From Alphaproteobacteria bacterium (GTDB lineage Bacteria; Pseudomonadota; Alphaproteobacteria; MPNO01): a stretch of DNA of 64,000 nucleotides. A program made the position numbers and the translations under genes. How positions within the stretch are numbered: position 1 is the stretch's first letter; the number at the start of each line of letters is the position of its first letter. Below the pieces are notes generated by a model, which searched no databases, was not told the DNA's origin, and saw only the letters and a program-made list of their open reading frames with translations. The DNA is taken from assembly GCA_965205995.1 (NCBI GenBank), contig OZ242200.1, forward strand, positions 2,073,071 through 2,137,070. The letters are read 5' to 3'. This document shows, one piece after another, positions 9,685 through 19,853 of this stretch.

Positions 9685-10862
9685 TGGCCGACCGCAGCTT
9701 CCTCGACTGGCCGTTCTTCGACGATTCGCACCGCGCGCTGGCAGCGGAGGTCGAAACCTGGGCCGACGATGTCATAGCCCCGCTCGAGCATGAGGAGCCG
9801 CGCGACGACGCGGCGCTCGACGCGCTCTGCCGCCGCCTGGTCGGGCTGCTGGCCGCGGGAGGCTGGCTGCGCTATTGCGTGCCGGGATCGCATGGCGGGG
9901 CGACCGGGGGGCTCGACGTGCGCAGCCTCTGCGTGATCCGCGAGATCCTCGCGCGCCATTCCGGCCTCGCCGATTTCTGCTTCGTGATGCAGGGACTCGG
10001 TACCGGCGCGATCTCGCTGTTCGGCACCGAGGCGCTCAAGTCACGATACTTGCCCGAGACCGCGACGGGCGAGCGGATCGCGGCGTTCGCGCTGAGCGAA
10101 CCGTCCAGCGGCTCGGACGTCGCGGCGATGACCACGACGGCGACCGCCGACGGCGCCGAGTATGTGCTCGACGGCGAAAAGACCCTGATCTCGAACGCCG
10201 GCATCGCCACGCAATACGTGGTCTTCGCGCGCACCGGCGAAAGCGAGGGCGCCAAGGGGCTGTCGGCCTTCGTGGTCGATGCCGAGACGCCGGGGCTCAG
10301 CGTGCCGGAACGATTCCCGGTGATCGCGCCGCACCCGCTGGGCCGCGTCCGCTTCGCCGCCTGCCGGGTGCCGGCGGCGCGATTGCTGGCCCGGCCGGGC
10401 GAGGGTTTCAAGGTGGCGATGGCCACGCTCGACATGTTCCGCTCCACCGTCGCCGCCGCCGCGCTCGGCTTCGCCCGCCGCGCGCTCGACGAGACGCTGG
10501 CGCGCAGCCGCACCCGGATCGCCTTCGGCAAGCCGATCGCCGAGACCCAGCTGATCCAGGAGAAGATCGCCGACATGGCGGTCAGGATCGACGCGGCGGC
10601 GCTGCTGGTGTACCGCTCGGCCTGGACCAAGGACCGCTTCCAGGGAAGGGTGACGCGCGAGGCGGCGATCGCCAAGCTCTACGCCACCGAGGCCGCGCAG
10701 GAGGTCGTCGACCAGGCGGTGCAGGTGTTCGGCGGCCAGGGGGTGATCGTCGGCAACCCGGTGGAGCGGCTCTACCGCGAGATCCGCGCGCTCCGCATCT
10801 ACGAGGGCACCAGCGAGATCCAGAAGCTGATCATCGCCGGGCAAACCCTCGCCGCGAACTGA
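9684..10862 (+). CDS. acyl-CoA dehydrogenase
   Basis: ACAD motifs ([12 protein letters not shown]-terminal [24 protein letters not shown]). Start ATG overlaps the hydratase stop; the longer called ORF is an out-of-context extension. Confidence 0.9.
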   Translation: MADRSFLDWPFFDDSHRALAAEVETWADDVIAPLEHEEPRDDAALDALCRRLVGLLAAGGWLRYCVPGSHGGATGGLDVRSLCVIREILARHSGLADFCFVMQGLGTGAISLFGTEALKSRYLPETATGERIAAFALSEPSSGSDVAAMTTTATADGAEYVLDGEKTLISNAGIATQYVVFARTGESEGAKGLSAFVVDAETPGLSVPERFPVIAPHPLGRVRFAACRVPAARLLARPGEGFKVAMATLDMFRSTVAAAALGFARRALDETLARSRTRIAFGKPIAETQLIQEKIADMAVRIDAAALLVYRSAWTKDRFQGRVTREAAIAKLYATEAAQEVVDQAVQVFGGQGVIVGNPVERLYREIRALRIYEGTSEIQKLIIAGQTLAAN

Positions 10863-10982
10863 CGCCGGCGCCCGCAATCCAGATCCGGTTGATTTCTGCG
10901 GCTCCTGCCGTACCATCCTTGTCTTGCCTGGGGAGGAACAGGCGTGCGTGCCGTGTAAAGAGCCACATAGGGAGAAACGCCC

Positions 10983-11993
10983 ATGTCCGCCAGACGAATG
11001 CTGATTTCGTTCGCCGCCGCTACTGTCGCGGCCGTCGCAATATTCACGATGACCGCGCCCGAGGCGATCGCCGGGTCGAGCCTCAAGATCCTGAGGAGCT
11101 GGCCGCCGATCATCGAAGCCGTGCGCAGCATCGAGCAGTATCACAAGCAGGTGGAGAAGGCCGCCGCCGGCGAGCTCAAGCTCTCCCAGGCGGGCCCCGA
11201 AGTGGTGCCGCCGCTGGAGCAGCTCAACCCGGTTTCGGCCGGCGTGTTCGACCTCCTGTTCAGCCACGGCGCCTACCACGCCGGCAGCAACGGGCTGCTG
11301 ATGGGGGTGGACGCGCTCAAGCTCGATCCCGGGAAACTGCGTGAATCGGGGCTGTTCGACTACATCAGCAACAACTACGAAAAGCGGCACGGGCTCAAGC
11401 TGCTGGCGCTGACGCCCACCGGGCGGAACGGCTACCACATGGTGCTGAAGTCGCTGCCCGACCCGGAGACCGGGCTGAAGGGGCGCAAGATCCGCGGCAC
11501 CGCGACCTACCACCCGCTGATCAAGAAGCTCGGCGGCTCGCCGGTGGTGCTCACCTTCGGTCAAATCTTTACCGCGCTCGAGAAGGGCGTGGTCGACGGC
11601 TATTGCTGGCCGGTCTACGGGCTGTTGGCGACCAAGTTCTACGAGGCCGGCGCGAAGTTCGTCATGCGGCCGACGCTCGGCGTGTCGCGCAGCTTCACGC
11701 TGATGAACGCAAAGGCCTTCGACAAGCTGCCGAAGAAGCTCCAGACCATCCTGGTCGAGGAAGGCAAGAAGGTCGAATACTGGTCGATCGAGTTCTTCGA
11801 CGACTTCATCGCCAAGGAAGAGGTGGAACTCAAGGGCTTGGGCGTCACCTACCACGACTATCCCGAGAAGTTCCGCCCGCATGTCCGCAAGTGGTTCAAC
11901 GAGGGGGTTCTCCAACTGGTCGAGAAATACTCCAAGGCGGACGGGGTGAAGTTCGTGGAGATGGCGCGGGCGGCGAACATGGTCGCCGAGTAG
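10983..11993 (+). CDS. TRAP-type transporter periplasmic solute-binding protein
   Basis: 336 aa with an N-terminal signal peptide, followed by DctQ/DctM genes. Confidence 0.75.
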   Translation: MSARRMLISFAAATVAAVAIFTMTAPEAIAGSSLKILRSWPPIIEAVRSIEQYHKQVEKAAAGELKLSQAGPEVVPPLEQLNPVSAGVFDLLFSHGAYHAGSNGLLMGVDALKLDPGKLRESGLFDYISNNYEKRHGLKLLALTPTGRNGYHMVLKSLPDPETGLKGRKIRGTATYHPLIKKLGGSPVVLTFGQIFTALEKGVVDGYCWPVYGLLATKFYEAGAKFVMRPTLGVSRSFTLMNAKAFDKLPKKLQTILVEEGKKVEYWSIEFFDDFIAKEEVELKGLGVTYHDYPEKFRPHVRKWFNEGVLQLVEKYSKADGVKFVEMARAANMVAE

Positions 11994-12076
11994 CCGAGCG
12001 AATCCGGCGCGGGCAGCCGGCTCCGGCTGCCCGCCGACGCTTCGCCCCACCGACGCTTCGCATGGTGTGAGCAGGC

Positions 12077-12562
12077 ATGACCGCCGTCCTCCGCATCCAC
12101 GACCGCATCACCTATGCGCTGTTCACCATCGGCGTGACCCTGGTGGCGCTGATCGGCGTGCTCTACGTCTACGAGGTCGCGTCGCGCTATTTCTTCAACG
12201 CGCCGACCGACTGGGGCAACGACACGTCGAGCTTCATGCTGTCGGTCGCAACCTTCCTCTGCATCCCGCAGCTGGTGAAGGACGGCGGGCATGTCGCGGT
12301 GACGATCGTCTTCCAGTACGCGACGCCGCCGGTCGCGCTCTGGGTCGCCCGGATCACGGCGGTCGCGGGCGCCATCGTCTGCGCGATCGCCGCCTATATG
12401 GCGTTCGAGGAGACGTCGCGGCAGATCGTCAACGACATCCTGACCAACACCACCACGGCGATCCCGAAATGGTGGGTGACATCGTTCATCCCCTACGGCC
12501 TCGCCAACGCCGCGATCTATTTCGTGCGCACGCTGAACCGCATACCCACGGCCGGGATCTAG
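12077..12562 (+). CDS. TRAP transporter small permease (DctQ family)
   Basis: 161 aa, four hydrophobic segments, positioned between the SBP and DctM genes. Confidence 0.8.
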   Translation: MTAVLRIHDRITYALFTIGVTLVALIGVLYVYEVASRYFFNAPTDWGNDTSSFMLSVATFLCIPQLVKDGGHVAVTIVFQYATPPVALWVARITAVAGAIVCAIAAYMAFEETSRQIVNDILTNTTTAIPKWWVTSFIPYGLANAAIYFVRTLNRIPTAGI

Positions 12563-12569
12563 CCCGGCC

Positions 12570-13877
12570 ATGGAGTGGTATGTCGTCCTGATCGTCGGCC
12601 TGACCCTGCTGCTGGGGCTGTTCCTCTCAGGGGCGCCGATCTTCATCGCCTTCATGATCATCAACGTGATCGGCACGCTGGTCTATTTCGGCCCGGCGGG
12701 GTTCGGCATGTTCGCCAACAGCCTCTACGACACGACCACCTTCCCGACGCTGATCGCGGTGCCGCTGTTCATCCTGATGGGCGAGTTCCTGTTCCGCTCG
12801 GGCGCGATGGACGTGCTCTACAACTCGCTCGACAAGCTGGTCGGGCGCTCCCGGCTCCGGCTCTACTACCTCTCGATCGCGCTCTCGACGATGTTCGGCG
12901 CGCTCTCGGGCGCCGCGATGGGCGTCGTCGCGATGCTCGGGCGGTCGCTGTACCCGGGGCTGATCGCGCGCGGATACGACCGCGGGATCTCGACCGGCAC
13001 GATCCTCGCCGGCGCCAGCCTCGCCCCGATCATCCCGCCGAGCATCCTGGTGATCATCATCGGCAGCCTGGCCCAGGTCTCGATCGCCAGGCTGCTGATC
13101 GCCGGGATCATCCCGGGGCTGATCCTGGCCAGCCTGTTCCTCGTCTACATCATCGTCCGGGTGAAGCTCGACCCCAGCCGGGCGCCGGCGGTCGCCGACG
13201 ATATCGGCGACATCACCTGGGGGGATCGCGGCATCGCGGTGCTCAGGATGATCCCCTTCAGCATCATCATCCTCGGCGTGCTCGGGACCATCATGGCCGG
13301 CATCGCGACGCCCGAGGAATCCGCCGGCACCGGGGTGCTCGGCACGCTGATCGTCGCCCGGATCTACGGGAGGCTGAACTTCGGGCTGATCAGGGAGGCC
13401 TGCGATTCGACGGCGCGGATCACCGCCATGATCCTGGCGATCATGATGAGCTCGAAGATGTTCGGCCAGCTCCTCGCCTTCTCCGGCTCCACCACCGCCC
13501 TGGTCGGCTTCATCGGCGACATCGAGGTCAACCGCTGGTTCCTGCTGTTCATCCTGATGGCGGTGCCGTTCTTGCTGTGCCTGTTCATCGACCAGGTGGC
13601 GCTGATGCTGGTCGTCATCCCGATCTACATGCCGCTGTTGCAGCCGCTCGGCTTCGACCCGATATGGTTCTGGCTCCTGTTCCTCATCAACATCACGCTG
13701 GGAGGAATAACGCCGCCTTTCGGCTACACCATGTTCGCCTTCAAGGGGGTCCAGCCAACCGTTCCGATGACGGACATCTACAACGCGTCATGGCCCTTCG
13801 TGTTCATCTTCCTGATCGGCATGGCGATCTTCGCCGCCTTCCCCGGCGTGGTGACCTGGCTGCCGAACCTGCTCTAG
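12570..13877 (+). CDS. TRAP transporter large permease (DctM family)
   Basis: 435 aa polytopic protein with DctM-typical C-terminal motifs ITPPFGYTMFAFKGV. Confidence 0.9.
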   Translation: MEWYVVLIVGLTLLLGLFLSGAPIFIAFMIINVIGTLVYFGPAGFGMFANSLYDTTTFPTLIAVPLFILMGEFLFRSGAMDVLYNSLDKLVGRSRLRLYYLSIALSTMFGALSGAAMGVVAMLGRSLYPGLIARGYDRGISTGTILAGASLAPIIPPSILVIIIGSLAQVSIARLLIAGIIPGLILASLFLVYIIVRVKLDPSRAPAVADDIGDITWGDRGIAVLRMIPFSIIILGVLGTIMAGIATPEESAGTGVLGTLIVARIYGRLNFGLIREACDSTARITAMILAIMMSSKMFGQLLAFSGSTTALVGFIGDIEVNRWFLLFILMAVPFLLCLFIDQVALMLVVIPIYMPLLQPLGFDPIWFWLLFLINITLGGITPPFGYTMFAFKGVQPTVPMTDIYNASWPFVFIFLIGMAIFAAFPGVVTWLPNLL

Positions 13878-13952
13878 GCGCCGCACCCGCCGTCGGCCAG
13901 GCGGCGCCTTCGCTCCCGCCACGATCGACCGCCCTAGCGAAAGGGATTCCGC

Positions 13953-15170
13953 ATGTTCGGATGCTTCTTCCCCAACCCGCGCGCGCTTGCCATCTCGGCG
14001 GTGGCGTGGGCGCTGGCCGCGCTGCTGTTCTGGTATTTCGTCGCCGCCGACTGGGGCGACCCGACCGGCCTCGCCGGGCTGGTCGGGGTGAAGGAGAAGA
14101 CCGTCTGGGTCTATCTCTACGTCTTCCTCGCCTATGCCGCCTTCGCGGCCTTCTGGATGTGGTACCGGCCGCACAGATGGTCGCTCTGGTCGGTCGCGGG
14201 CGCAGCGCTGATCGTCTTCGTCACCTGGTTCCAGGTCCAGCTCGACGTGATGATCAACCAGTGGTTCGGGCGGTTCTACGACACCATCCAGAAGGCGCTG
14301 GCGAAGCCCGGCGCGGTGACCATCGAGGACTATTACGGGCAGCTCGCCACCTTCCTGATGATCGCGATGGTGTTCATCGTGACCGCCGTCCTCAGCGCCT
14401 TCTTCACCAGCCATTTCGTGTTCCGCTGGCGGACCGCGATGAACGACCGCTATGTCGATATGTGGCAGAACGTGCGCCATATCGAGGGCGCCTCGCAGCG
14501 CGTGCAGGAAGACACGATGCGCTTCGCCAGCATCATGGAATCGCTCGGCGTCCGGTTCATCGACGCGGTGATGACGCTGATCGCCTTCCTGCCGATCCTC
14601 TGGGGGCTGTCGGTCCACATCAAGGAGATCCCGGTGGTCGGCGAGGTCGCCTATGCGCTGGTGTGGGTCGCCATACTCTGGTCGGTGTTCGGCACCGGCA
14701 TCCTGGCGCTGGCCGGCTACCGCCTGCCCGGGCTCGAGTTCCGCAACCAGCGGGTCGAGGCCGCCTTCCGCAAGGAGCTCGTCATCGGCGAAGACCGCGA
14801 GGACCGGGCGCAGCCGCCGACGCTGGGCGAGCTGTTCGCCAATGTCCGGCGCAACTATTTCCGCCTCTACCTTAACTACCTCTATTTCAACGTCGTCCGC
14901 TACGGCTATCTCCAGGCCGGCGTCATCCTGCCCTATATCGCGCTCGGCCCGACCATCGTCTCGGCGGGGTTCACGCTCGGGGCGATGCAGCAGATCATCC
15001 GCGCCTTCGGCCGGGTGGAGAACTCGTTCCAGTTCCTGGTCAACTCCTGGACCACGATCGTCGAGCTGATGTCGATCTACAAGCGCCTCGCCGCCTTCGA
15101 GCGCGCCATCGCCGGCAACGACCTGGCCGCGATCGAGTTCGAGACCGGCCCGCGGCTCCCGACGGGGTAG
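13953..15170 (+). CDS. sbmA: SbmA/BacA-family inner-membrane peptide transporter
   Basis: 405 aa, collinear with E. coli SbmA along its whole length (HFVFRWRTAMNDRYV, RVQEDTMRFASIMESLGV, GLEFRNQRVEAAFRKELV, NSWTTIVELMSIYKRL). Confidence 0.85.
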   Translation: MFGCFFPNPRALAISAVAWALAALLFWYFVAADWGDPTGLAGLVGVKEKTVWVYLYVFLAYAAFAAFWMWYRPHRWSLWSVAGAALIVFVTWFQVQLDVMINQWFGRFYDTIQKALAKPGAVTIEDYYGQLATFLMIAMVFIVTAVLSAFFTSHFVFRWRTAMNDRYVDMWQNVRHIEGASQRVQEDTMRFASIMESLGVRFIDAVMTLIAFLPILWGLSVHIKEIPVVGEVAYALVWVAILWSVFGTGILALAGYRLPGLEFRNQRVEAAFRKELVIGEDREDRAQPPTLGELFANVRRNYFRLYLNYLYFNVVRYGYLQAGVILPYIALGPTIVSAGFTLGAMQQIIRAFGRVENSFQFLVNSWTTIVELMSIYKRLAAFERAIAGNDLAAIEFETGPRLPTG

Positions 15171-15186
15171 GCGGATGGGGGGCGCG

Positions 15187-15300
15187 TCCTTCGATACGGC
15201 GCTTCGCGCCTACTCGGGATGAGGTGTTGTTTTTGGCCCCTCACCCCAACCCCTCACCCCAAGTAGCCCCCGAAGGGGGCGTATCGAAGGGCGGCCTAGG
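15187..15300. repeat. palindromic intergenic repeat, copy A (arms ccttcgatacggcgcttcgcgcctactcgggatgagg / cctcaccccaagtagcccccgaagggggcgtatcgaagg)
   Basis: Same about 37-bp arm recurs at 30026 and 42677 with an inverted partner about 10-20 nt away. Confidence 0.85.
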
Positions 15301-16906
15301 CCAGGCCCGCCTTCTCGCGCTCGCGCTGGCGCAGGTCGCGGCGGCGGATCTTGCCGGTTGCGGTCATCGGCAGCTCGGCCACGAACTCGACGGCGCGGGG
15401 ATATTCATGCGCCGACAGCCGCTCGCGGACATGGGCGCCGAGCGCCGCTTGCAGCGCCGGCGTCGGCGCCTCGCCTGGGCGCAGCACCACGAACGCCTTG
15501 ACGATCTCGCCGCGCAGCGGATCCGGCACCCCCACCGCCGCCGCCATCGCGACCGCCTTGTGGCTCGCCAGGCATTCCTCGATCTCGCCCGGTCCGATGC
15601 GGTAGCCGGCCGACGAAATCACGTCGTCCTCGCGCCCGACGAAGCGGAAATTGCCGTCCTCGTCCCTGAGCCCGAGATCGCCGGTGAGCAGCCAGTCGCC
15701 GTTGAATTTCGCCTTCGTGGCCTCCTCGTTGCGCCAGTAGCCGAGGAACATCACCGGGTCCGGGCGGCGGATCGCGATTTCGCCGGTCTCGCCGGGCGGC
15801 ATCTCTTCCCCGCCGCCTGCGTCCAGCACCGCGACCTCGTGTCCCGGGATCGCGCGGCCCAGCCAGCCCGGCCTGACCGGCAGCAGCCCGGCGCAATTGC
15901 CGAGCACCAGGTTGCATTCCGTCTGGCCGTAGAACTCGTTGATGGTCAGCCCGAACACCTCCCGCCCCCAATCGAGAAGCTCCTCGCCCAGGCTCTCGCC
16001 GCCGCTGCCGATACTGCGCAGCGCGAGCCCAAGCGGGCGTTGGGCGGCGGCCGGCGCCTGGCGCATCATTTTCAGCGCCGTCGGCGGCAGGAAGGCGTTG
16101 CGCACGCCGTGCCGCGCGAGCATCGCGAACGCCTCTTCCGGGTCGAACCTGCCGGGTGGGCTCGCCAGCACCGGCACCCCCGCCGCCCAGGCCGGCAGCA
16201 GCACGTCCAGCAGGCCGCCCGCCCAGGCCCAGTCCGCCGGCGTCCAGAACAGATCGCCCTTCTGCGGGAAGAATTCGTGCGGCAGGGCCACCCCCGGCAG
16301 ATGACCGGGCAGCACCCGGTGGCCGTGCAGCGCGCCCTTGGGCGGGCCGGTGGTGCCGGAGGTGTACATCAGCAAAGCCGGATCGTCGGGACCGGTCGCG
16401 GCGATCTCGAAGCGGTCGGAGCCGCGCTCCACCAGCGCCCAGAAATCCTCCGCGACCACCGTCGAGAGCTCCGGCAGGTCGAGCGCGGACGCCTTCTCGC
16501 GCCCCGCGGCGTCCGCGATCAGGACCTTCGCGCCGGAATCGCGCAGCCGGTGTTCGAGCGCATCGGCGCCGAACAGCGCGAACAGCGGCAGGACGACCGC
16601 GCCCAGCTTGTACGAAGCAAGATGGGTGAGCCCGGTCTCGACGCTCTGCCCCGCCATCACCGCCACCCGGTCGCCGCGCCCGATGCCGGAAGCGGCGAGC
16701 GCGTTGGCGAGGCGGTTGGAGAGTTGGGAGAGTTCGCGGAACGACCATTCGCGGAGGCCGCCCGCCGGGTCGGGGCAGATCAGCGCCGGGCGGGTGCTGT
16801 CGACATGGCGCTCGCAGACATGTTCGGCGATGTTGTAGCGGGACGGCAGCCGCCAGCGGAACGCCGCCCGAACCGCCTCCCAGCTTTCCCGGCGCTCGAC
16901 GATCAT
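15296..16906 (-). CDS. AMP-dependent synthetase/ligase (acyl/aryl-CoA synthetase)
   Basis: 536 aa with YTSGTTGPPKG AMP-binding motif, GYWRNEEAT, and C-terminal PMTATGKIRRRDL. Confidence 0.85.
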   Translation of the reverse strand: MIVERRESWEAVRAAFRWRLPSRYNIAEHVCERHVDSTRPALICPDPAGGLREWSFRELSQLSNRLANALAASGIGRGDRVAVMAGQSVETGLTHLASYKLGAVVLPLFALFGADALEHRLRDSGAKVLIADAAGREKASALDLPELSTVVAEDFWALVERGSDRFEIAATGPDDPALLMYTSGTTGPPKGALHGHRVLPGHLPGVALPHEFFPQKGDLFWTPADWAWAGGLLDVLLPAWAAGVPVLASPPGRFDPEEAFAMLARHGVRNAFLPPTALKMMRQAPAAAQRPLGLALRSIGSGGESLGEELLDWGREVFGLTINEFYGQTECNLVLGNCAGLLPVRPGWLGRAIPGHEVAVLDAGGGEEMPPGETGEIAIRRPDPVMFLGYWRNEEATKAKFNGDWLLTGDLGLRDEDGNFRFVGREDDVISSAGYRIGPGEIEECLASHKAVAMAAAVGVPDPLRGEIVKAFVVLRPGEAPTPALQAALGAHVRERLSAHEYPRAVEFVAELPMTATGKIRRRDLRQREREKAGLA

Positions 16907-17993
16907 CCGGCGAGATCGTAGAAATCGAGCGCGTTGTCCCAGAGGATCCGGCGCTCGGCGTCTTCGCCGAGTTGCGCGGCTTCGCGGAACTCGCGGACCG
17001 GGCCGGCGCCAGAATCGAAATGCGGGTAGTCGGTCGCGAACAGGATTTTATCGGCGCCGAGCCCGTCGACCGCGAGCGGGATCGTCGGGTCTCCGGGGTC
17101 GCAGCTGACGACGCATTGGCGCGCGAAATACTCGCTCGGGCGCATCGTCAGGCCGCGCATGTATCCGCCGAGCCTGGGATGCTCGAAATGGTCGTCGAGC
17201 CGGGCGATCCAATAGGGCGCCCAGGAGCACCCGGCCTCGAAAAACCGATTTTCAGCGCCGGGTAACGCTCCAGGACGCCGCCGCAGATCAGCGCCATCAT
17301 CGCCATCATCTGCTCGAAGGGGTGCGAAATCATGTGGTGGAAGGCATAGCTTTCCGGCCGCATCATCCCGCCATAGCGGTCGGCGCCCGCGGTCGCCGGA
17401 TCGCCGGTCGATTCGTGGACGATCAGCGGCACGCCGAGCTCCTCAATTGCGGCGTAGAGCGGGTCCCGGCTGGGGTCGTCGAGGCGCATTCCCGCCACCG
17501 GGTTGGGGCGGACGGTCACCGCCACCGCGCCGAGATCGGCAACCGCGCGCCGCGCCTCGCGAACCGCCTCGTCGATATCGTGCAGCGCCGCCGGGGCGGC
17601 GAATTTGAGCCGCTCGGGGAAGGCGCCGCACCAGTTCGCCATCCAGGAATTGTAGGCGCGCATCGCGGCGTGGCTGATGCCCGGCTCCAAATAGCCGGCG
17701 ACCAGCGCGGCGGAGGGAAACAGCACCGCGAGCCGGATACGTTCCTTGTCGAGCACCTTGATCCGGCTTTCCGGCGGCATCGGCTTGCGCACCGAGATTT
17801 CCTTCGGAAACGGCGGGTGCTCCTCGCCGTCGACCACGAACCTGCGGTTCCGGTCGGCATTCAGCGCCCAGCCCTGGGTGCGCCCGCGAAAGGCGGGCTC
17901 CAGATAGTCGCTGAACATCGCGTCCTCTTCGTGGACGTGCCCGTCCGCGTCGATGGCGAGATAGTCCGCGGGCACCGTGGGGGTTTCGTTCAT
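16903..17993 (-). pseudogene. amidohydrolase-2 (ACMSD/PF04909-like) gene split by a -1 frameshift in an A5/T5 homopolymer at about 17240..17244
   Basis: ORF 17148..17993 carries the N-terminal and middle regions, and ORF 16903..17160 carries the C-terminal region (ILFATDYPH). Adding one T restores ...LKIGFFEAGCSWAPYWIARLDDHFE..., matching the intact paralog at 39629..40750 (GIRVGFLEGGVAWLLFCIERFE). Confidence 0.75.
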
Positions 17994-18112
17994 GGCCTCG
18001 ATTCCGCTTCAACCTTGGGGTCACAGGGTTACAGACTATCCGAACTCGCCGGTGCGGGGATTTTGCTATTCTGGCCGCATGAACCGCGCGATGGACAAGA
18101 GGGAGGCGATCC

Positions 18113-19816
18113 GTGCCTGAACCGGGGGGCGGTCCGAGCGCCCATCGCGACCGGTTCGCGGCGGAGAACCTGCCGCCGAGGGATCTGTGGCCGGTCTTCG
18201 ACTACGACAGCCTGCCCGAGCTCCGCGCCTATCCCGCGCGGATGAATTGCGGCGCGATCCTGCTCGACGGCACCGCCGCCGCCGGCCACCGCGGCCGCCC
18301 GGTGCTGCATCTCGACGACACGAGCTGGAGCTATGGCGCGCTCCAGGATCTGTCGGAACGGATCGCCCGGGTGCTGGTCGAGGATTGCGGGCTGGCGCCG
18401 GGCAACCGCGTGCTGCTGCGCTCGGCCAACACGCCGATGCTGGTCGCGTGCTGGTTCGCGGTGCTCAAGGCGGGCGGCATCTGCGTGACCACGATGCAGC
18501 TATTGCGGGCGCGCGAGCTGGTCCACATCGTCGAGAAGGCGGAGATCTCGCACGCGCTCTGCGACCTCGCCCTGATGGAGGAGATGGAAGAGGCGCGCGA
18601 CCGCACCGCCGGCCTGCTCCGGCATTTGCTCACCTTCACCCCGCTCGGCGATCGTCCGGGCGATGCCTCGCTCGACCGGGCGGCCGGGGACAAGCCCGCG
18701 GGCTTCGGGAACTGCGACACCGCCGCCGACGATGTTGCGTTGATCGCCTTCACCTCCGGGACCACGGGAAACCCGAAGGCGACGATGCATTTCCACCGCG
18801 ACGTGATCGCGATGTGCGACTGCTTCCCGCGCTATTGCGACATGTCGGCGCCGGACGACGTGTTCGCCGGCACGCCGCCGCTCGCCTTCACCTTCGGGCT
18901 CGGCGGGCTGACCGCCTTCCCGATGCGGTTCGGCGCCTCGACCCGCTTCTTCCGCGGCCCGCTCGCGCCGGAAGAGACGATCGCGGCGATCGAGCGCCAC
19001 CGCATCACCAGCCTCTACACCGCGCCGACCGCCTATCGGGTGATGGCCGACATCGCCGGCGGCTACGATCTGTCGCGGCTGGTCAAATGCGTGTCGGCCG
19101 GAGAGACCCTGCCGAAGGCGACCTGGGAGGCGTTCCACGCCGCGACCGGCATTCCGATCGTCGACGGGCTCGGCTCGACCGAGATGCTGCACATCTTCGT
19201 CGCGGCCGCCCGCGAGGAGATGCGCGCGGGCTATACCGGGCGCGCGATCCCGGGCTACCGGGCCCGCGTGGTCGACGAGGCGGGCCGGACCCTGCCCCCC
19301 GGCGAGGCCGGGCTGATGGCGGTACAGGGCCCCACCGGCTGCCGCTATCTCGACGATATCGACCGCCAGCAGGTCTATGTCCGGGACGGCTGGAACTATC
19401 CCGGCGATGTCTACGCGATGAACGAGGACGGGTATTTCCGCTACGTCGCGCGGGCCGACGACATGATCATCTCGTCGGGCTACAACATCTCGGGGCCGGA
19501 GGTCGAGGCGGCGCTGCTGGACCATCCCGCGGTCGCCGAATGCGCGGTGATCGGCAAGCCGGATGCGGCGCGCACCAATATCGTCAAGGCGTTCGTGGTG
19601 CTGCGCCAAGGGACGGAGGCGGACGAGGAGGCCGTCCGGCGCCTGCAGGATTTCGTCAAGGCGGAAATCGCGCCCTACAAATACCCGCGCGAGATCGAGT
19701 TCGTCCCCGACCTGCCGAAGACGGAAACCGGCAAGATGCAGCGTTTTGCGCCAGCAGGAGGAAAATCCGCCGGGCTGAGCGATCCGCGATGGACCTGGGA
19801 AAAGAACCCGCTCTAG
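18113..19816 (+). CDS. aryl-CoA ligase (benzoate / aminobenzoate-CoA ligase-like AMP-binding enzyme)
   Basis: 567 aa with FTSGTTGNPKA and PKTETGKMQRF motifs. GTG start has GGGAGG 7 nt upstream. Confidence 0.8.
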   Translation: MPEPGGGPSAHRDRFAAENLPPRDLWPVFDYDSLPELRAYPARMNCGAILLDGTAAAGHRGRPVLHLDDTSWSYGALQDLSERIARVLVEDCGLAPGNRVLLRSANTPMLVACWFAVLKAGGICVTTMQLLRARELVHIVEKAEISHALCDLALMEEMEEARDRTAGLLRHLLTFTPLGDRPGDASLDRAAGDKPAGFGNCDTAADDVALIAFTSGTTGNPKATMHFHRDVIAMCDCFPRYCDMSAPDDVFAGTPPLAFTFGLGGLTAFPMRFGASTRFFRGPLAPEETIAAIERHRITSLYTAPTAYRVMADIAGGYDLSRLVKCVSAGETLPKATWEAFHAATGIPIVDGLGSTEMLHIFVAAAREEMRAGYTGRAIPGYRARVVDEAGRTLPPGEAGLMAVQGPTGCRYLDDIDRQQVYVRDGWNYPGDVYAMNEDGYFRYVARADDMIISSGYNISGPEVEAALLDHPAVAECAVIGKPDAARTNIVKAFVVLRQGTEADEEAVRRLQDFVKAEIAPYKYPREIEFVPDLPKTETGKMQRFAPAGGKSAGLSDPRWTWEKNPL

Positions 19817-19853
19817 GATACCCGTAACATTGCGTTCCCTTGGGAGGGACTCC

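Noticed and set aside
9183-10862. N-terminally extended 559-aa version of the acyl-CoA dehydrogenase ORF, and the similar 24914..27715 extension of the Mo-hydroxylase
   Set aside because: The extensions overlap the upstream genes in another frame and are Arg/Gly-rich. Conserved N-termini start at the positions annotated
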